NCBI RefSeq assembly: GCF_000175255.2
Contig: NC_017262.1
Coordinates: 1,620,001 to 1,652,000, forward strand
Direction: 5' to 3'
Length of the DNA: 32,000 nucleotides
Source: Zymomonas mobilis subsp. mobilis ATCC 10988
GTDB lineage: Bacteria; Pseudomonadota; Alphaproteobacteria; Sphingomonadales; Sphingomonadaceae
Below the pieces are notes generated by a model that was not told where the DNA came from, ran no database searches, and was given only the letters and a program-made list of their open reading frames with translations. The position numbers and the translations under genes were made by a program. Shown piece after piece: positions 17,424 to 27,002 of the stretch; the stretch's first letter is position 1, and each line of letters opens with the position of its first letter.

Positions 17424-17506
17424 TCACATGCCTTTTAAAATAACGTCTTTTAAAAGACCGTTATTCAAGGATGACCAGACAATTGATGCTATAGGAACTA
17501 TCACCA

Positions 17507-17998
17507 ATGGGAATGAGCTTAGGAGGGGATGATGATGCCCCAATGTCAAACATCAACACAACGCCCCTTGTGGATGTTATGCTGGTGTTGCTCATCATTT
17601 TTCTGATTACGGTCCCGGTGGTGGTTGAATCCGTACCGGTTAAATTACCTGATACACGTTTTGCCCCTGCTCGAACCAAGCCGGAAGATGTGTCTCTTTC
17701 AGTCAGATCAGGTGCCAATGGAACCTGTGAAGTCTTTTGGAATTTGACGCGTGTCAATTCGCAAAGCCTTAGTGATCGGGCTGTTAAAAAACTGAAATCC
17801 GAGATTGATCGCCAAGGGGGGCCGCAGACACCGGGCCTGCTTTTACCCGAAGTCCATATTCGCGGGGATGTGAATACCCCTTATCGTTGCATCGGGGGTG
17901 TTATCTACACCATGCAGGAAGCAGGTTTTGCTAAAGTCGGCTTTATTTCCGAACCGCCTCCTGGCCCGGCAGCAGCAGATGAGCAAGGCGAACAATAA
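17507..17998 (+). CDS. exbD: Biopolymer transport protein ExbD (paralog 1)
   Basis: 163 aa. NTTPLVDVMLVLLIIFLIT anchor and an ExbD/TolR periplasmic domain. Unusual Pro/acidic tail PPPGPAAADEQGEQ. Confidence 0.85.
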   Translation: MGMSLGGDDDAPMSNINTTPLVDVMLVLLIIFLITVPVVVESVPVKLPDTRFAPARTKPEDVSLSVRSGANGTCEVFWNLTRVNSQSLSDRAVKKLKSEIDRQGGPQTPGLLLPEVHIRGDVNTPYRCIGGVIYTMQEAGFAKVGFISEPPPGPAAADEQGEQ

Positions 17999-18050
17999 CT
18001 TGTTTGCTCCCTATCATCTTATTGATGATTTAATTTAAGGAGTTTTGGCT

Positions 18051-18473
18051 ATGGCGATATCGGCCGGCGGTGACAATGACGAACCGATGATGGACATCAA
18101 CACGACACCACTTATTGACGTTATGTTGGTGTTGCTGATCATGTTCATTATTACCATCCCGATTGAAACTCATGCCGTAAAGTTGAATCTGCCACAGAAT
18201 AACTCGCAAAATCAGGATCCTATTGATCCGGTTAAAAACAAAATCATGATTGATGCTGCGGGCACTATTCTTTGGAATGGCAAACCCACGGAACTGCCAG
18301 AACTTCGCCGTTATCTGGATGAAACACAGGCGATGAATCCTGTCCCTGAACTCCAGATTCAGCCGGATCCGCAGGTTCGCTATGACGTCGTGGATAAAGT
18401 CTTAGCCGAATGTAAAAAAGCCCAGGTCGAAAAAATGGGTTTTGTTGGGAATGAGGCCTATCGCAGCTTTTGA
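18051..18473 (+). CDS. exbD: Biopolymer transport protein ExbD (paralog 2)
   Basis: INTTPLIDVMLVLLIMFIIT anchor. I prefer the ATG at 18051, which has AAGGAG 8 nt upstream, to the track TTG at 18045. Confidence 0.85.
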   Translation: MAISAGGDNDEPMMDINTTPLIDVMLVLLIMFIITIPIETHAVKLNLPQNNSQNQDPIDPVKNKIMIDAAGTILWNGKPTELPELRRYLDETQAMNPVPELQIQPDPQVRYDVVDKVLAECKKAQVEKMGFVGNEAYRSF

Positions 18474-18542
18474 CGGATTCTTCGATTCTGTCGATATGGC
18501 CAAATTTTTCCAAAGTGACGTTAAGATTATCGGGTAAGTGAT

Positions 18543-18607
18543 GCCGGAAATCTGGATAGAGTTTTCTATCGTAAGATTTTCGGCATTGTTTTTACTGTTT
18601 TTTTCAA
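18543..18607 (+). terminator. Rho-independent terminator of the tonB-exbBDD cluster
   Basis: Compound hairpin: gccggaaatct...agattttcggc enclosing gataga/tctatc (18543-18584), followed by a T-rich tract (ttgtttttactgttttttt). Confidence 0.7.
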
Positions 18608-18801
18608 CACCATATGCTATAATTTTTCCGAATTGGCCAAAAGATGGCACAGAATTGCTTGTGGAATCGTTTGTATTTTGATAAGCGCCCCATCTGAATA
18701 TATGTGCCAGATGGCTGGTATATTAACGAATTTATGCGACAGGTGTTTCGAAGGGGAGCCCTTTGGGATATTTTTCTGTCTAGCAGGAGATATGAATTCT
18801 T

Positions 18802-19008
18802 ATGCAGATCATCGTTCGCGACAATAATGTCGATCAAGCTCTTCGCGCCCTCAAGAAAAAATTACAGCGTGAAGGTGTCTATCGCGAGATGAAACTGCGT
18901 CGTCACTATGAAAAGCCTTCTGAAAAGCGCGCACGTGAACGCGCTGCTGCTGTCCGTCGTTCCCGCAAGCTGGAACGTAAACGGGCAGAACGTGATGGTA
19001 TCCGTTAA
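18802..19008 (+). CDS. rpsU: 30S ribosomal protein S21
   Basis: [43 protein letters not shown] is canonical S21. Confidence 0.95.
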   Translation: MQIIVRDNNVDQALRALKKKLQREGVYREMKLRRHYEKPSEKRARERAAAVRRSRKLERKRAERDGIR

Positions 19009-19061
19009 GTTTTAACTGGATACACCTTCTTGATCTAAGAAGTGTGCCTGTTTCATATGAT

Positions 19062-19096
19062 AAATCGCCTCCCTTTTAGGGATGGCGATTTGTTTT
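19062..19096 (+). terminator. Rho-independent terminator of rpsU
   Basis: 12-bp bulged stem aaatcgcctccc / gggatggcgattt, followed by gTTTTcaTTTT. Confidence 0.8.
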
Positions 19097-19287
19097 CATT
19101 TTATCAGGGTATCGCAAAATACCCTGCAAAATGAATGACGATGCGTTTTTCATCCTCATCGCTATAAGGCATGTCCCGATTGCTTCTTATTCCTCTTTTT
19201 TCGGATAAGACGCTGTTTAGGATTTGTTTAATAGCTGAATATTGAAAACCACCCTATCGTAACGGTAATCCTGTTTAAAGGAATGAC

Positions 19288-19845
19288 ATGAGCTCGGATA
19301 AGGCTTCTTCCTTAGCGTCTATCGGACGTGCAATGCGTTTACCTTTGCTAGGAGCGGTTCTTCTGGCGGCTGCGGGAACAACTTTGGCTCTGGCGGGGAC
19401 ATCTTCCCCTGCAAGATTGGCGCAGTCTCCTGAAAAGTTTTTGGCCGATAATGAACATCATAAGGGCGTGCAAAAAACGCCTTCCGGCTTGCAATATAAA
19501 ATCATCAAAAAAGGCAAAGGTGTTCAGCCGAAAATCAATGACATGGTTTCTGTCGAATATCAGGGTAGCTTGACTGACGGAACTGTTTTTGATTCGACCG
19601 CTCGCAATGGTGGCGCTCCGGTTATGATGCCAGTTGCAAGAGTTATTCCCGGTTTTTCCGAGGCTTTGCAATTGATGCAGCAAGGCGGTGAATATCGTTT
19701 CTGGATTCCTCCCCAGCTTGGCTATGGATCTGAAGGGGCAGGGGGTGTTATTCCTCCTAATGCTGTTCTTATTTTTGATGTGAAGCTGGTCTCTGTCGTG
19801 CCAGCGCCGCCAGCCGATGCGACGAGCCTACCCTCGATACAATAA
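19288..19845 (+). CDS. FKBP-type peptidyl-prolyl cis-trans isomerase, periplasmic
   Basis: Signal peptide (LPLLGAVLLAAAGTTLALAG) and an FKBP domain (SGLQYKIIKKGKG...VSVEYQGSLTDGTVFDS...VIPGFSEALQLM...LIFDVKLVSV). Confidence 0.88.
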   Translation: MSSDKASSLASIGRAMRLPLLGAVLLAAAGTTLALAGTSSPARLAQSPEKFLADNEHHKGVQKTPSGLQYKIIKKGKGVQPKINDMVSVEYQGSLTDGTVFDSTARNGGAPVMMPVARVIPGFSEALQLMQQGGEYRFWIPPQLGYGSEGAGGVIPPNAVLIFDVKLVSVVPAPPADATSLPSIQ

Positions 19846-19924
19846 ACGCCCCTTAACACGCTGCAAAGCCGGACTACTTAAAATCCGGCCATGTCTTTAA
19901 AGGCGTGCCTTGAAAGCGGTGAGG

Positions 19925-21043
19925 CTATTCATCGTCTTTGTTTCTGCTGTTCAGCATGAATTGTTTGACGTGATTGCGTTGCTGATGCTCTTCGCGTTCT
20001 GTAACGATTTTCGAATATTCTTCTAAAGAAACTTTTGCGATAGCGACCAAGGGATCGGCTAATGCCAGCCCCATAATGCCGAACAGTGCGCCTAGTAAAA
20101 TCTGAGCGCCTAATTCCAGAGCAGGCGGCAAGTTAACAGAGCGCCGCGCTACAATCGGGACAATCAAATAGCCATCAATGGTCTGGACAATAGCATAGAC
20201 ACCCATTGCCCAAAGCCCCGTCTGAACATTTTGGCTAAAACCTACCAGACAAATCAACAAGCCAGAGATCAGCGCGCCGATATTCGGTAAGAAAGCTAAT
20301 AATCCAGTCAACAGGCCTAAAAGCGTCGCCATAGGCACGCCAGTTGCCAAAAGAAGCAACCAAGTCCCGACCCCTTCAATGGCCATACCCAGAAGGCGGC
20401 CAGCCATCAGCCGCCGTAGGTTATTATTGGCAATGTTAAAAATCCGGTAAAAATCTGGGCGTTTCGCAATCGGTATCATCCATGCAAAACCCCTTTCGTA
20501 AAGATGGGGTTCAATGGCAACAAAGATACCAATAACCATAATCATTGCCCCGCCAGAGACCGCTCCAAGAGCATTTCCGACAAAAGCGCTAACTTCGCCG
20601 AAAGACCCAAAGAGTCGTTGGGCGATATCGCTGCTGGATACATGGGGCGACATCAGGCCATTACTGACCAACCAGTCGCGGATATTGATAAACTGGGTCG
20701 TTAAAGTAGCCTGCAAGGCATCTAGCTGGCCCCCTAATTGGTAAACAGCGAGATACAAGGTAAAAGCGAGGAAAATAGCCACACAGATACAGACAATAGC
20801 TAATCGGTATCCTCGGCCTATTTTTAGAACACGCCCCAATAAACGGGTGCCGTCATCCAAGAGAGAAGCGAAAACCAAACCGGCAATAATTAAAAGTATC
20901 GGTTGGATAAGGAGGCAAAGCAACGCCGTGCCTCCTGCCATTGAAATCCAAACGGCTGCCTTTTTAAATTCCCGTGCTGTAAAATCATGAAAGAGATCAC
21001 TGGGACCGGGCTTTTCCGGTGGCCGCTTCTTTGTTTCCGGCAT
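19925..21043 (-). CDS. AI-2E family transporter (PerM/UPF0118-like permease)
   Basis: 372 aa polytopic membrane protein. The layout and motifs (FLPNIGALISGL, GALFGIMGLALADPL) are typical of the AI-2E family. Confidence 0.75.
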   Translation of the reverse strand: MPETKKRPPEKPGPSDLFHDFTAREFKKAAVWISMAGGTALLCLLIQPILLIIAGLVFASLLDDGTRLLGRVLKIGRGYRLAIVCICVAIFLAFTLYLAVYQLGGQLDALQATLTTQFINIRDWLVSNGLMSPHVSSSDIAQRLFGSFGEVSAFVGNALGAVSGGAMIMVIGIFVAIEPHLYERGFAWMIPIAKRPDFYRIFNIANNNLRRLMAGRLLGMAIEGVGTWLLLLATGVPMATLLGLLTGLLAFLPNIGALISGLLICLVGFSQNVQTGLWAMGVYAIVQTIDGYLIVPIVARRSVNLPPALELGAQILLGALFGIMGLALADPLVAIAKVSLEEYSKIVTEREEHQQRNHVKQFMLNSRNKDDE

Positions 21044-21052
21044 TTAAAAACC

Positions 21053-21931
21053 TTATGGTTTGGCTTCGGTAGGGTGCAGATTGAGACCACTTCTGCCGCT
21101 ACGGAAAGATTTGAACCAGCTAAGCGGATTCCAGATTTTAGCAGAGCCGTCCAAGGAGAAAGTGATAAATTCAGCCCGACCGCCTAAACTCTCAATAGGA
21201 ACGGGGCCGCCCAATCCATGTTCTTCCAAGGGGAAACGACTATCTGCTGATTGGTCACGGTTATCACCCATCAGGAAAACATAACCCTCCGGTATTGTCA
21301 CCGGTCCATAGTCATCAGCCTGTGGAATGTAACCTAAATCCAAAGTTTCATAACGAACGCCATTCGGAAGGGTTTCCTCGATGCGAGGCATTTTACAATA
21401 ACGTCGTCCATCTTGACCGGTAACCTGTTCCATGGCGAGATAGCCATTATTTTCACAAGGCATATTCTGATCAATTGGAATCATGGCCGGAGACATCATT
21501 CTCCGCTTAACAGGCTTACCGTTAATAATCAGAATCCCGTTTTCGACTGAAAGAGTGTCGCCCGGTAAACCAATAACCCGTTTGATATAATCGCTTTTCT
21601 GGCCGCGTGGCACAACGATAACAACATCACCCCGTTTCGGCATATGCCCGAACAGGCGGCCATGAAAAAACGGCAGAAAATGGAAAATCGGCGAAGCGTA
21701 AGACCAGCCATAAGGATATTTGGAAACGACCAGACGATCCCCGTTTAACAAGGTCGGCATCATCGATTCTGACGGGATATAGAAAGGTTTGACGATAAAG
21801 CTCTGAACGATACCGACTAAAAGTAGAATGTAAAAAATACCTTTAATCTCATGCCATAAACTGAATTTTTTAGGCATGTCTTCTTGTGACTGAGTCATGT
21901 CGTCACTGTCTAAACTTTTATCTTGATTCAT
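21053..21931 (-). CDS. lepB: Signal peptidase I
   Basis: Catalytic Ser box IPSESMMPTL, Lys box YIKRVIGLPGD, and GDNRDQSADSR. Confidence 0.92.
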   Translation of the reverse strand: MNQDKSLDSDDMTQSQEDMPKKFSLWHEIKGIFYILLLVGIVQSFIVKPFYIPSESMMPTLLNGDRLVVSKYPYGWSYASPIFHFLPFFHGRLFGHMPKRGDVVIVVPRGQKSDYIKRVIGLPGDTLSVENGILIINGKPVKRRMMSPAMIPIDQNMPCENNGYLAMEQVTGQDGRRYCKMPRIEETLPNGVRYETLDLGYIPQADDYGPVTIPEGYVFLMGDNRDQSADSRFPLEEHGLGGPVPIESLGGRAEFITFSLDGSAKIWNPLSWFKSFRSGRSGLNLHPTEAKP

Positions 21932-21986
21932 TCAGGCTTTTACCTTTTTGAGCCAGTTTATTCTGACTTTGACTATATCGTTTCAC

Positions 21987-22391
21987 TTATTCAGGACAGG
22001 CTTCTATTACAACGAAAGCCAAAGCCCAAGGGTGATCATCACTTAAACTAAGGTGAATAGAAAGGGTATGCCTTGGCGGTTTCTTTTCCTCAAGTAAAAG
22101 CGCAGCCTTTCCCGATATATTCACTTTGGGTGCGCCTAAAGAGTCATTCGATATGCTGATATCCTGAAAAGAAATCGAATGGCGAAAGCCGGTTCCGAGT
22201 GCTTTGACAAAAGCCTCTTTTGCGGCAAAGCGTTTGGCAAAAAAGGCTGCTTTTGTCATTGAAAAAGCAGAAGATGCTTCGATTTCTTCACAAGAAAACA
22301 GGCGTTTTATAAAACGCCCGCTTTCTTTTTTACCAAGAATGGTCGTGATACGATCAATATTACAAAGATCAGTGCCGATCCCGATGATCAT
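21987..22391 (-). CDS. acpS: Holo-[acyl-carrier-protein] synthase
   Basis: [15 protein letters not shown] and [14 protein letters not shown]. Its start overlaps the pdxJ stop by 4 nt. Confidence 0.9.
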   Translation of the reverse strand: MIIGIGTDLCNIDRITTILGKKESGRFIKRLFSCEEIEASSAFSMTKAAFFAKRFAAKEAFVKALGTGFRHSISFQDISISNDSLGAPKVNISGKAALLLEEKKPPRHTLSIHLSLSDDHPWALAFVVIEACPE

Positions 22392-23158
22392 AAAGCGATA
22401 TGCTTGACCAGAAAATCGACCTTGTCTTCAGCACGGGCGGCATCCATTAAATAGCGCATCCGTTTGATACTGGCTTCAAGTCCGATGAAAATCGCCTCAC
22501 CGATCAGGAAATGGCCGATATTCAATTCGGCAATTTCTTCCAAAGCGGCAATCGGTATCACATTTTCATAAGTAAGACCGTGACCGGCATGAACCTCGAT
22601 ATTGAGGCTTTTTGCCAGCTTGGCCGCTTGCTCTATACGGATCAGCTCGGCTGCCAGTTCTTCATTAACGCTATTGGCATAATGGCCGGTATGCAATTCG
22701 ATAACCGGCACATTCAAGGCCTTGGCGGCTCTGATCTGGGTTTCATCCGGTTCGATGAACAAACTGACCCGAATACCGGCGGCCAATAATTTCGCAACAA
22801 TCGGCTTTAAGCTGTCAATCTGGCCTGCGGCATCAAGGCCGCCTTCGGTTGTCTGTTCTTCCCGTTTTTCAGGAACCAGACAGACCGCATGGGGGCGATG
22901 CTGAAGCGCGATTTCCAGCATTTCTTCGGTGGCTGCCATTTCCAGATTAAGGGGCAGCGTAATGCCTTTTTCAAGATTAACCAGATCGTCATCGCTAATA
23001 TGACGGCGATCTTCTCGAAGATGGGTCGTAATCCCATCGGCACCCGCATGTGCGGCCAGCTGGGCAGCTCTTACAGGATCAGGATGGGTTCCACCGCGTG
23101 CATTGCGAATAGTGGCAACATGGTCAATATTGACCCCAAGCCTTATTCTTTTGGTCAT
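22388..23158 (-). CDS. pdxJ: Pyridoxine 5'-phosphate synthase
   Basis: [33 protein letters not shown] and IELHTGHYA. Confidence 0.92.
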   Translation of the reverse strand: MTKRIRLGVNIDHVATIRNARGGTHPDPVRAAQLAAHAGADGITTHLREDRRHISDDDLVNLEKGITLPLNLEMAATEEMLEIALQHRPHAVCLVPEKREEQTTEGGLDAAGQIDSLKPIVAKLLAAGIRVSLFIEPDETQIRAAKALNVPVIELHTGHYANSVNEELAAELIRIEQAAKLAKSLNIEVHAGHGLTYENVIPIAALEEIAELNIGHFLIGEAIFIGLEASIKRMRYLMDAARAEDKVDFLVKHIAL

Positions 23159-23179
23159 TTCGTCCTCTTGAGCCTTGTT

Positions 23180-23767
23180 TTAAGCGGGCTTGGCCCGGCT
23201 ACCGGGTTTTACCGCAGGAATCGCGGCCAGTTCCGGGGGAAGCTCATCGACAGCATAGGTCGGGACATCCAGTTTCAGCAAGGGGAAGAAAGGCACGTCA
23301 AAAGCTGCTTTGCCATTTGAACGGTCAACCAAGGAAGCCGCAGCAATAACTTTACCGCCGGCTTTCTCAATCGCATGGATTGTTTCACGAGAAGACAGGC
23401 CAGTTGTAACCACATCTTCGACCATCAGAATTTTCTGACCTTCGCTAATCGAAAAACCGCGACGCAGTTCAAAAACGCCGGTCGGACGTTCCATGAACAT
23501 GGCATCCACATTCAAAGCGCGTGCAACTTCCTGACCAATGATGATGCCGCCCATGGCAGGCGAGATAACGGCTGATATTTCCTGTTTCAGATCATCTGGA
23601 ATCCGCGAAACCAAAGCAGAGGCCAGACGACCAGCCCGTGCCGGATTCATCAAAACGCGGGCGCATTGCAAATAACGCGGCGATCTTAAACCGGATGAAA
23701 GGATAAAATGGCCTTCCAACAAGGCACCTGCATCACGGAATTCAGCTAATATCTCTGCATCTGTCAT
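23180..23767 (-). CDS. pyrE: Orotate phosphoribosyltransferase
   Basis: GHFILSSGLRSPRYLQ and the PRPP loop ILMVEDVVTTGLS. I chose the ATG at 23767 (MTDAEILAEF), which matches N-termini of alphaproteobacterial PyrE as I remember them. The ORF stays open to the ATG at 23791. Confidence 0.85.
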   Translation of the reverse strand: MTDAEILAEFRDAGALLEGHFILSSGLRSPRYLQCARVLMNPARAGRLASALVSRIPDDLKQEISAVISPAMGGIIIGQEVARALNVDAMFMERPTGVFELRRGFSISEGQKILMVEDVVTTGLSSRETIHAIEKAGGKVIAAASLVDRSNGKAAFDVPFFPLLKLDVPTYAVDELPPELAAIPAVKPGSRAKPA

Positions 23768-24002
23768 GTTCGATCTTTCGTTAGAGGTCATCGGACGAAG
23801 CCGGAAGGGTTATCGTTCCTGTTTCTTTTCTACTAGCCTGTTCCTGTAACGGATGTCTATTTCTTCGCAAGATCAAGCTGTTATTTTGTCTTTGGCGGGT
23901 GATGAACAATTTACCCTTGAATTAGACGGGGCAGGGGTTGGCAATTCTTTTTCTTTCCCCACATAAATATCAAAGAAACGGGCAATAAAAAGGACGCTGA
24001 TT

Positions 24003-24917
24003 GTGTCAACCTTAGGACTAAGCAGCGCTGATCAAAAAGCGATTGAAAATTTTCGGCAGCAAGCGGTAGAACCCTCTGAAACAAAGTTGGTCTTGCTGTA
24101 TTTTTCGGCCACATGGTCTAACGCTTGCAAAAGCTTCGGAGCGATGCTGGCTAATATTGCTAAAAGCTATGCTTCAAAAGGCGTTGTCGTTACGTCATTT
24201 GATATTGACCAGAATAAAATCATTGCCGATCAATTACGGGTTCAATCGGTTCCAACCCTTTATGCGTTATTTCAAGGGCAGTTAGTCGCTGACCTTACGC
24301 CTGCGAATGGTGAGGCACAGCTTAAACAAGCCTTGGATCAATTACTGACACAATTACCGATCGCTGCCGAGGCCGCAGGCGAAGAAGACATCGAGCAAAT
24401 CCTCGAAGCTGGTAACAAGGCCTTGGATGATAGTGATGCCGAACAAGCCGTTACTCTTTTGGGGCAGGCCTATGACCTCAAACCGGAAGAGGCAGCGGTT
24501 GTGGGGGCTTATGCGCGGGCGTTGATTTTGGCAGGCGATATAAAAAAGGCCGAGGCATTACTCTCTGCTTTACCAGAAGATATGAAAGATAAGCCGGAAA
24601 TCCATCGGGCAGAAGCGGCACTATCTTTGGCAAAACAGGCGGATTCTGTTAATCTGGATCAGCTTGAAAACCTCCGCGCCAAGGTTGAAAATTATCCTGA
24701 TGATGATGAAGCCCGTTTCGCATTGGCTTGTGATCTGATAGCGGTCGGTAATCGGGATGGTGCGGCTGATCAATTATTGGCTATTCTGGCACATAATCGT
24801 GACTGGAATGAGGGGGCAGCCCGCACTAAACTTCTTCAACTTTTTGAGGTTGTTGGCATTGAAGACCCTTGGGTTTCAGCCCAGCGGCGTCGCTTGTCAG
24901 CTATATTATTTCGCTAA
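24003..24917 (+). CDS. Thioredoxin-domain plus TPR protein, YbbN/CnoX-like
   Basis: GTG start with AAGGA 8 nt upstream. Thioredoxin fold with WSNAC in place of WCGPC (SxxC). C-terminal TPR-like repeats. Confidence 0.8.
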   Translation: MSTLGLSSADQKAIENFRQQAVEPSETKLVLLYFSATWSNACKSFGAMLANIAKSYASKGVVVTSFDIDQNKIIADQLRVQSVPTLYALFQGQLVADLTPANGEAQLKQALDQLLTQLPIAAEAAGEEDIEQILEAGNKALDDSDAEQAVTLLGQAYDLKPEEAAVVGAYARALILAGDIKKAEALLSALPEDMKDKPEIHRAEAALSLAKQADSVNLDQLENLRAKVENYPDDDEARFALACDLIAVGNRDGAADQLLAILAHNRDWNEGAARTKLLQLFEVVGIEDPWVSAQRRRLSAILFR

Positions 24918-25561
24918 TGACTATAAACAGTTTTACAATACCTATTTTCCCGTTGCCGGGGATTGTTCTGTTCCCGCGTTCGATTTTGCATCTGCATGTT
25001 TTTGCATTGCCTTATCGAACGCTGGTTTCGAATGCGTTGGTTCGTGATCGCAGGATAGGGATTATCCAGCCAAAATTGGGGGTAGGAGAAAGCCTGAAGC
25101 GCGAAACGCCGCTTTATTCTGTCGGCAGCATTGGTCAGATCGTCGAGGCAGAAGCCTTGGATGACGGTTGTTTTAATCTGGTGCTGGAAGGTATCAGTCG
25201 TTTTAACCTGATCCGCGAAGTCGAGTCAGATACGCCTTTCCGTCAGGTCGAAGCGACCTTTGAGGGTTTTGATGACAAGAAGCTGCCGCAAGCCTTGGAA
25301 TTAGCGCAGCGCTGCCAAATAGAAGAGCGGGCGCATTGGTTTGCTCAAACGCAAGGCTTGAATATTGATTGGCAATCGGCTGACCAACTGGATGACGAAT
25401 CTTTGATGAATAACATCATCCAGCTTTCGCCTTTTGATACGGGTATCAAGCAAGCCCTATTAGAAAGCACTGACCTGACAGAGCGAGCAGATCTATTGAT
25501 GAGTGCGCTTAATTTCTTTGGTCACCAACAAGGTGAAGATAGAAAAATGACACTTCATTAA
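24917..25561 (+). CDS. Lon N-terminal (LON substrate-binding) domain protein
   Basis: IPIFPLPGIVLFPRSILHLHVFALPYRTLV matches the Lon N-domain signature. The ATG at 24917 overlaps the upstream stop (TAATG). The track extension back to 24869 is rejected. Confidence 0.8.
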   Translation: MTINSFTIPIFPLPGIVLFPRSILHLHVFALPYRTLVSNALVRDRRIGIIQPKLGVGESLKRETPLYSVGSIGQIVEAEALDDGCFNLVLEGISRFNLIREVESDTPFRQVEATFEGFDDKKLPQALELAQRCQIEERAHWFAQTQGLNIDWQSADQLDDESLMNNIIQLSPFDTGIKQALLESTDLTERADLLMSALNFFGHQQGEDRKMTLH

Positions 25562-25565
25562 AAAG

Positions 25566-25603
25566 AAACCGGCCTCAATATATCAAGGCCGGTTTTTGTT
25601 TTT
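25566..25603. terminator. Bidirectional terminator between the Lon N-domain gene and the ubiH-family gene
   Basis: Stem aaaccggcc / ggccggttt with a 12-nt loop, a T-rich tract downstream and an A-rich tract upstream. Confidence 0.8.
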
Positions 25604-26819
25604 AAAGGCTGTTACCCGTTAACAGTCGTGGTAATTTCCCACTATCGCCTCGCGCCTCAGCCAAGAAAAAGTTTTTGATAAAGCCCATATTGTTAATGGC
25701 CTTGAAACCAACTCGTCGGACGAAAGAGGCGACTTTCCCTGGAACAGCAAAAATACGAACAAGAGCATCGGTGCCAGCTGCGATCGCGAAATTATCAAGG
25801 CTGCGCCAACGGGCATAGCGTTCCAATAAGATGGCATCGCCTAGATCCATACCAAGCCGCCGCCCTTCAACTAATATTTCCGTTAAAGCCGCAACATCTC
25901 GTAATCCCAGATTTAAGCCTTGTCCGGCGATGGGATGGATGCCATGGGCAGCATCCGCAATCAAAGCTAGCCTTAGATCAGTCATTTTTGAGGTGAACTG
26001 GAAGGAAAGGGGGTAGGCCGTCGGATGGGATGCGAAATCCAGCTTTCCTAATATGCCGCCCGTCAATCGGGTTACTTCGGCAAAAAACGGACGTTCTGGT
26101 AAATTTTTGACAGCTTCCGCTTCTTGCCTCGGCACTGTCCAAACCAAAGCAGAACGATGGCGGCCTCCTTGATCTTGCATCGGCAAAAGAGCCACGGGGC
26201 CTTTGGTATAAAAGATTTCATGAGCGATATGATGATGCGGCTTTTCGTGGAATAACGTGCAGATCACCGCTGCATGATTATAATTCCACCCCGTTAAATT
26301 GATACCTGCCGCTTGTCTGGTCGGTGAAGCCCGCCCTTCTGCTCCGACAAGCAGGGAGGCCGTTATTTTTCGGCCATCAGCCAAGGTAGCCGAAACACCA
26401 TCATGGCGGCGCTCTGTTTCCACCGCATGAGCCGGTTGTAGCAAAGTGACATGCTCAGCCGCCAAAGTCGCTTCATAAAGTGCCTGCCGCAGATAGCGAT
26501 TTTCTAGCATATAGCCGGAAGGATTGTCTTTCGAGGATTCAAAGCAAAGATCAGGCGCTTTCAATTGATCGCTGGTTCTGACCGTGTGAATAGGGCAGCC
26601 TTTTCCTTCAAGGCTTTCTTTCAGGCCGATGGCTTCCAATAATTTCCAGCAAGAGCTGGCGATGGCGGTTGTCCGTCCATCATAGCCCTTTTCCAACATT
26701 CTGATCGGGTCGGATGTATCGACCACAATGGAACTAATATTATAGCGATCAAGGGCTACCGCCAAGGTCATACCGGCAAAACCGCCACCCAATATTAAAA
26801 CATCTGCTTTTAAATGCAT
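25602..26819 (-). CDS. UbiH/UbiF/VisC/Coq6-family FAD-dependent ubiquinone-biosynthesis hydroxylase
   Basis: ADVLILGGGFAGMTLAVAL (FAD-binding GxGxxG motif) and DAAHGIHPIAGQGLNLGLRDV. Confidence 0.85.
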   Translation of the reverse strand: MHLKADVLILGGGFAGMTLAVALDRYNISSIVVDTSDPIRMLEKGYDGRTTAIASSCWKLLEAIGLKESLEGKGCPIHTVRTSDQLKAPDLCFESSKDNPSGYMLENRYLRQALYEATLAAEHVTLLQPAHAVETERRHDGVSATLADGRKITASLLVGAEGRASPTRQAAGINLTGWNYNHAAVICTLFHEKPHHHIAHEIFYTKGPVALLPMQDQGGRHRSALVWTVPRQEAEAVKNLPERPFFAEVTRLTGGILGKLDFASHPTAYPLSFQFTSKMTDLRLALIADAAHGIHPIAGQGLNLGLRDVAALTEILVEGRRLGMDLGDAILLERYARWRSLDNFAIAAGTDALVRIFAVPGKVASFVRRVGFKAINNMGFIKNFFLAEARGDSGKLPRLLTGNSL

Positions 26820-27002
26820 GGCGATTTCTCCTGCTGCCTCTTCCTGATCTATTCAAACCGATTTTATATAAAACAGTCCGATTTCTGAATAGAGGGCGGC
26901 CTGTTCATTATATCCAGAATATAGTAAGGAAATTTATTCTAAAATGATATTCCTATCAGGTTACACCATTCGCAATTGAAAAAATCGGGGTTAAATTCAC
27001 CT

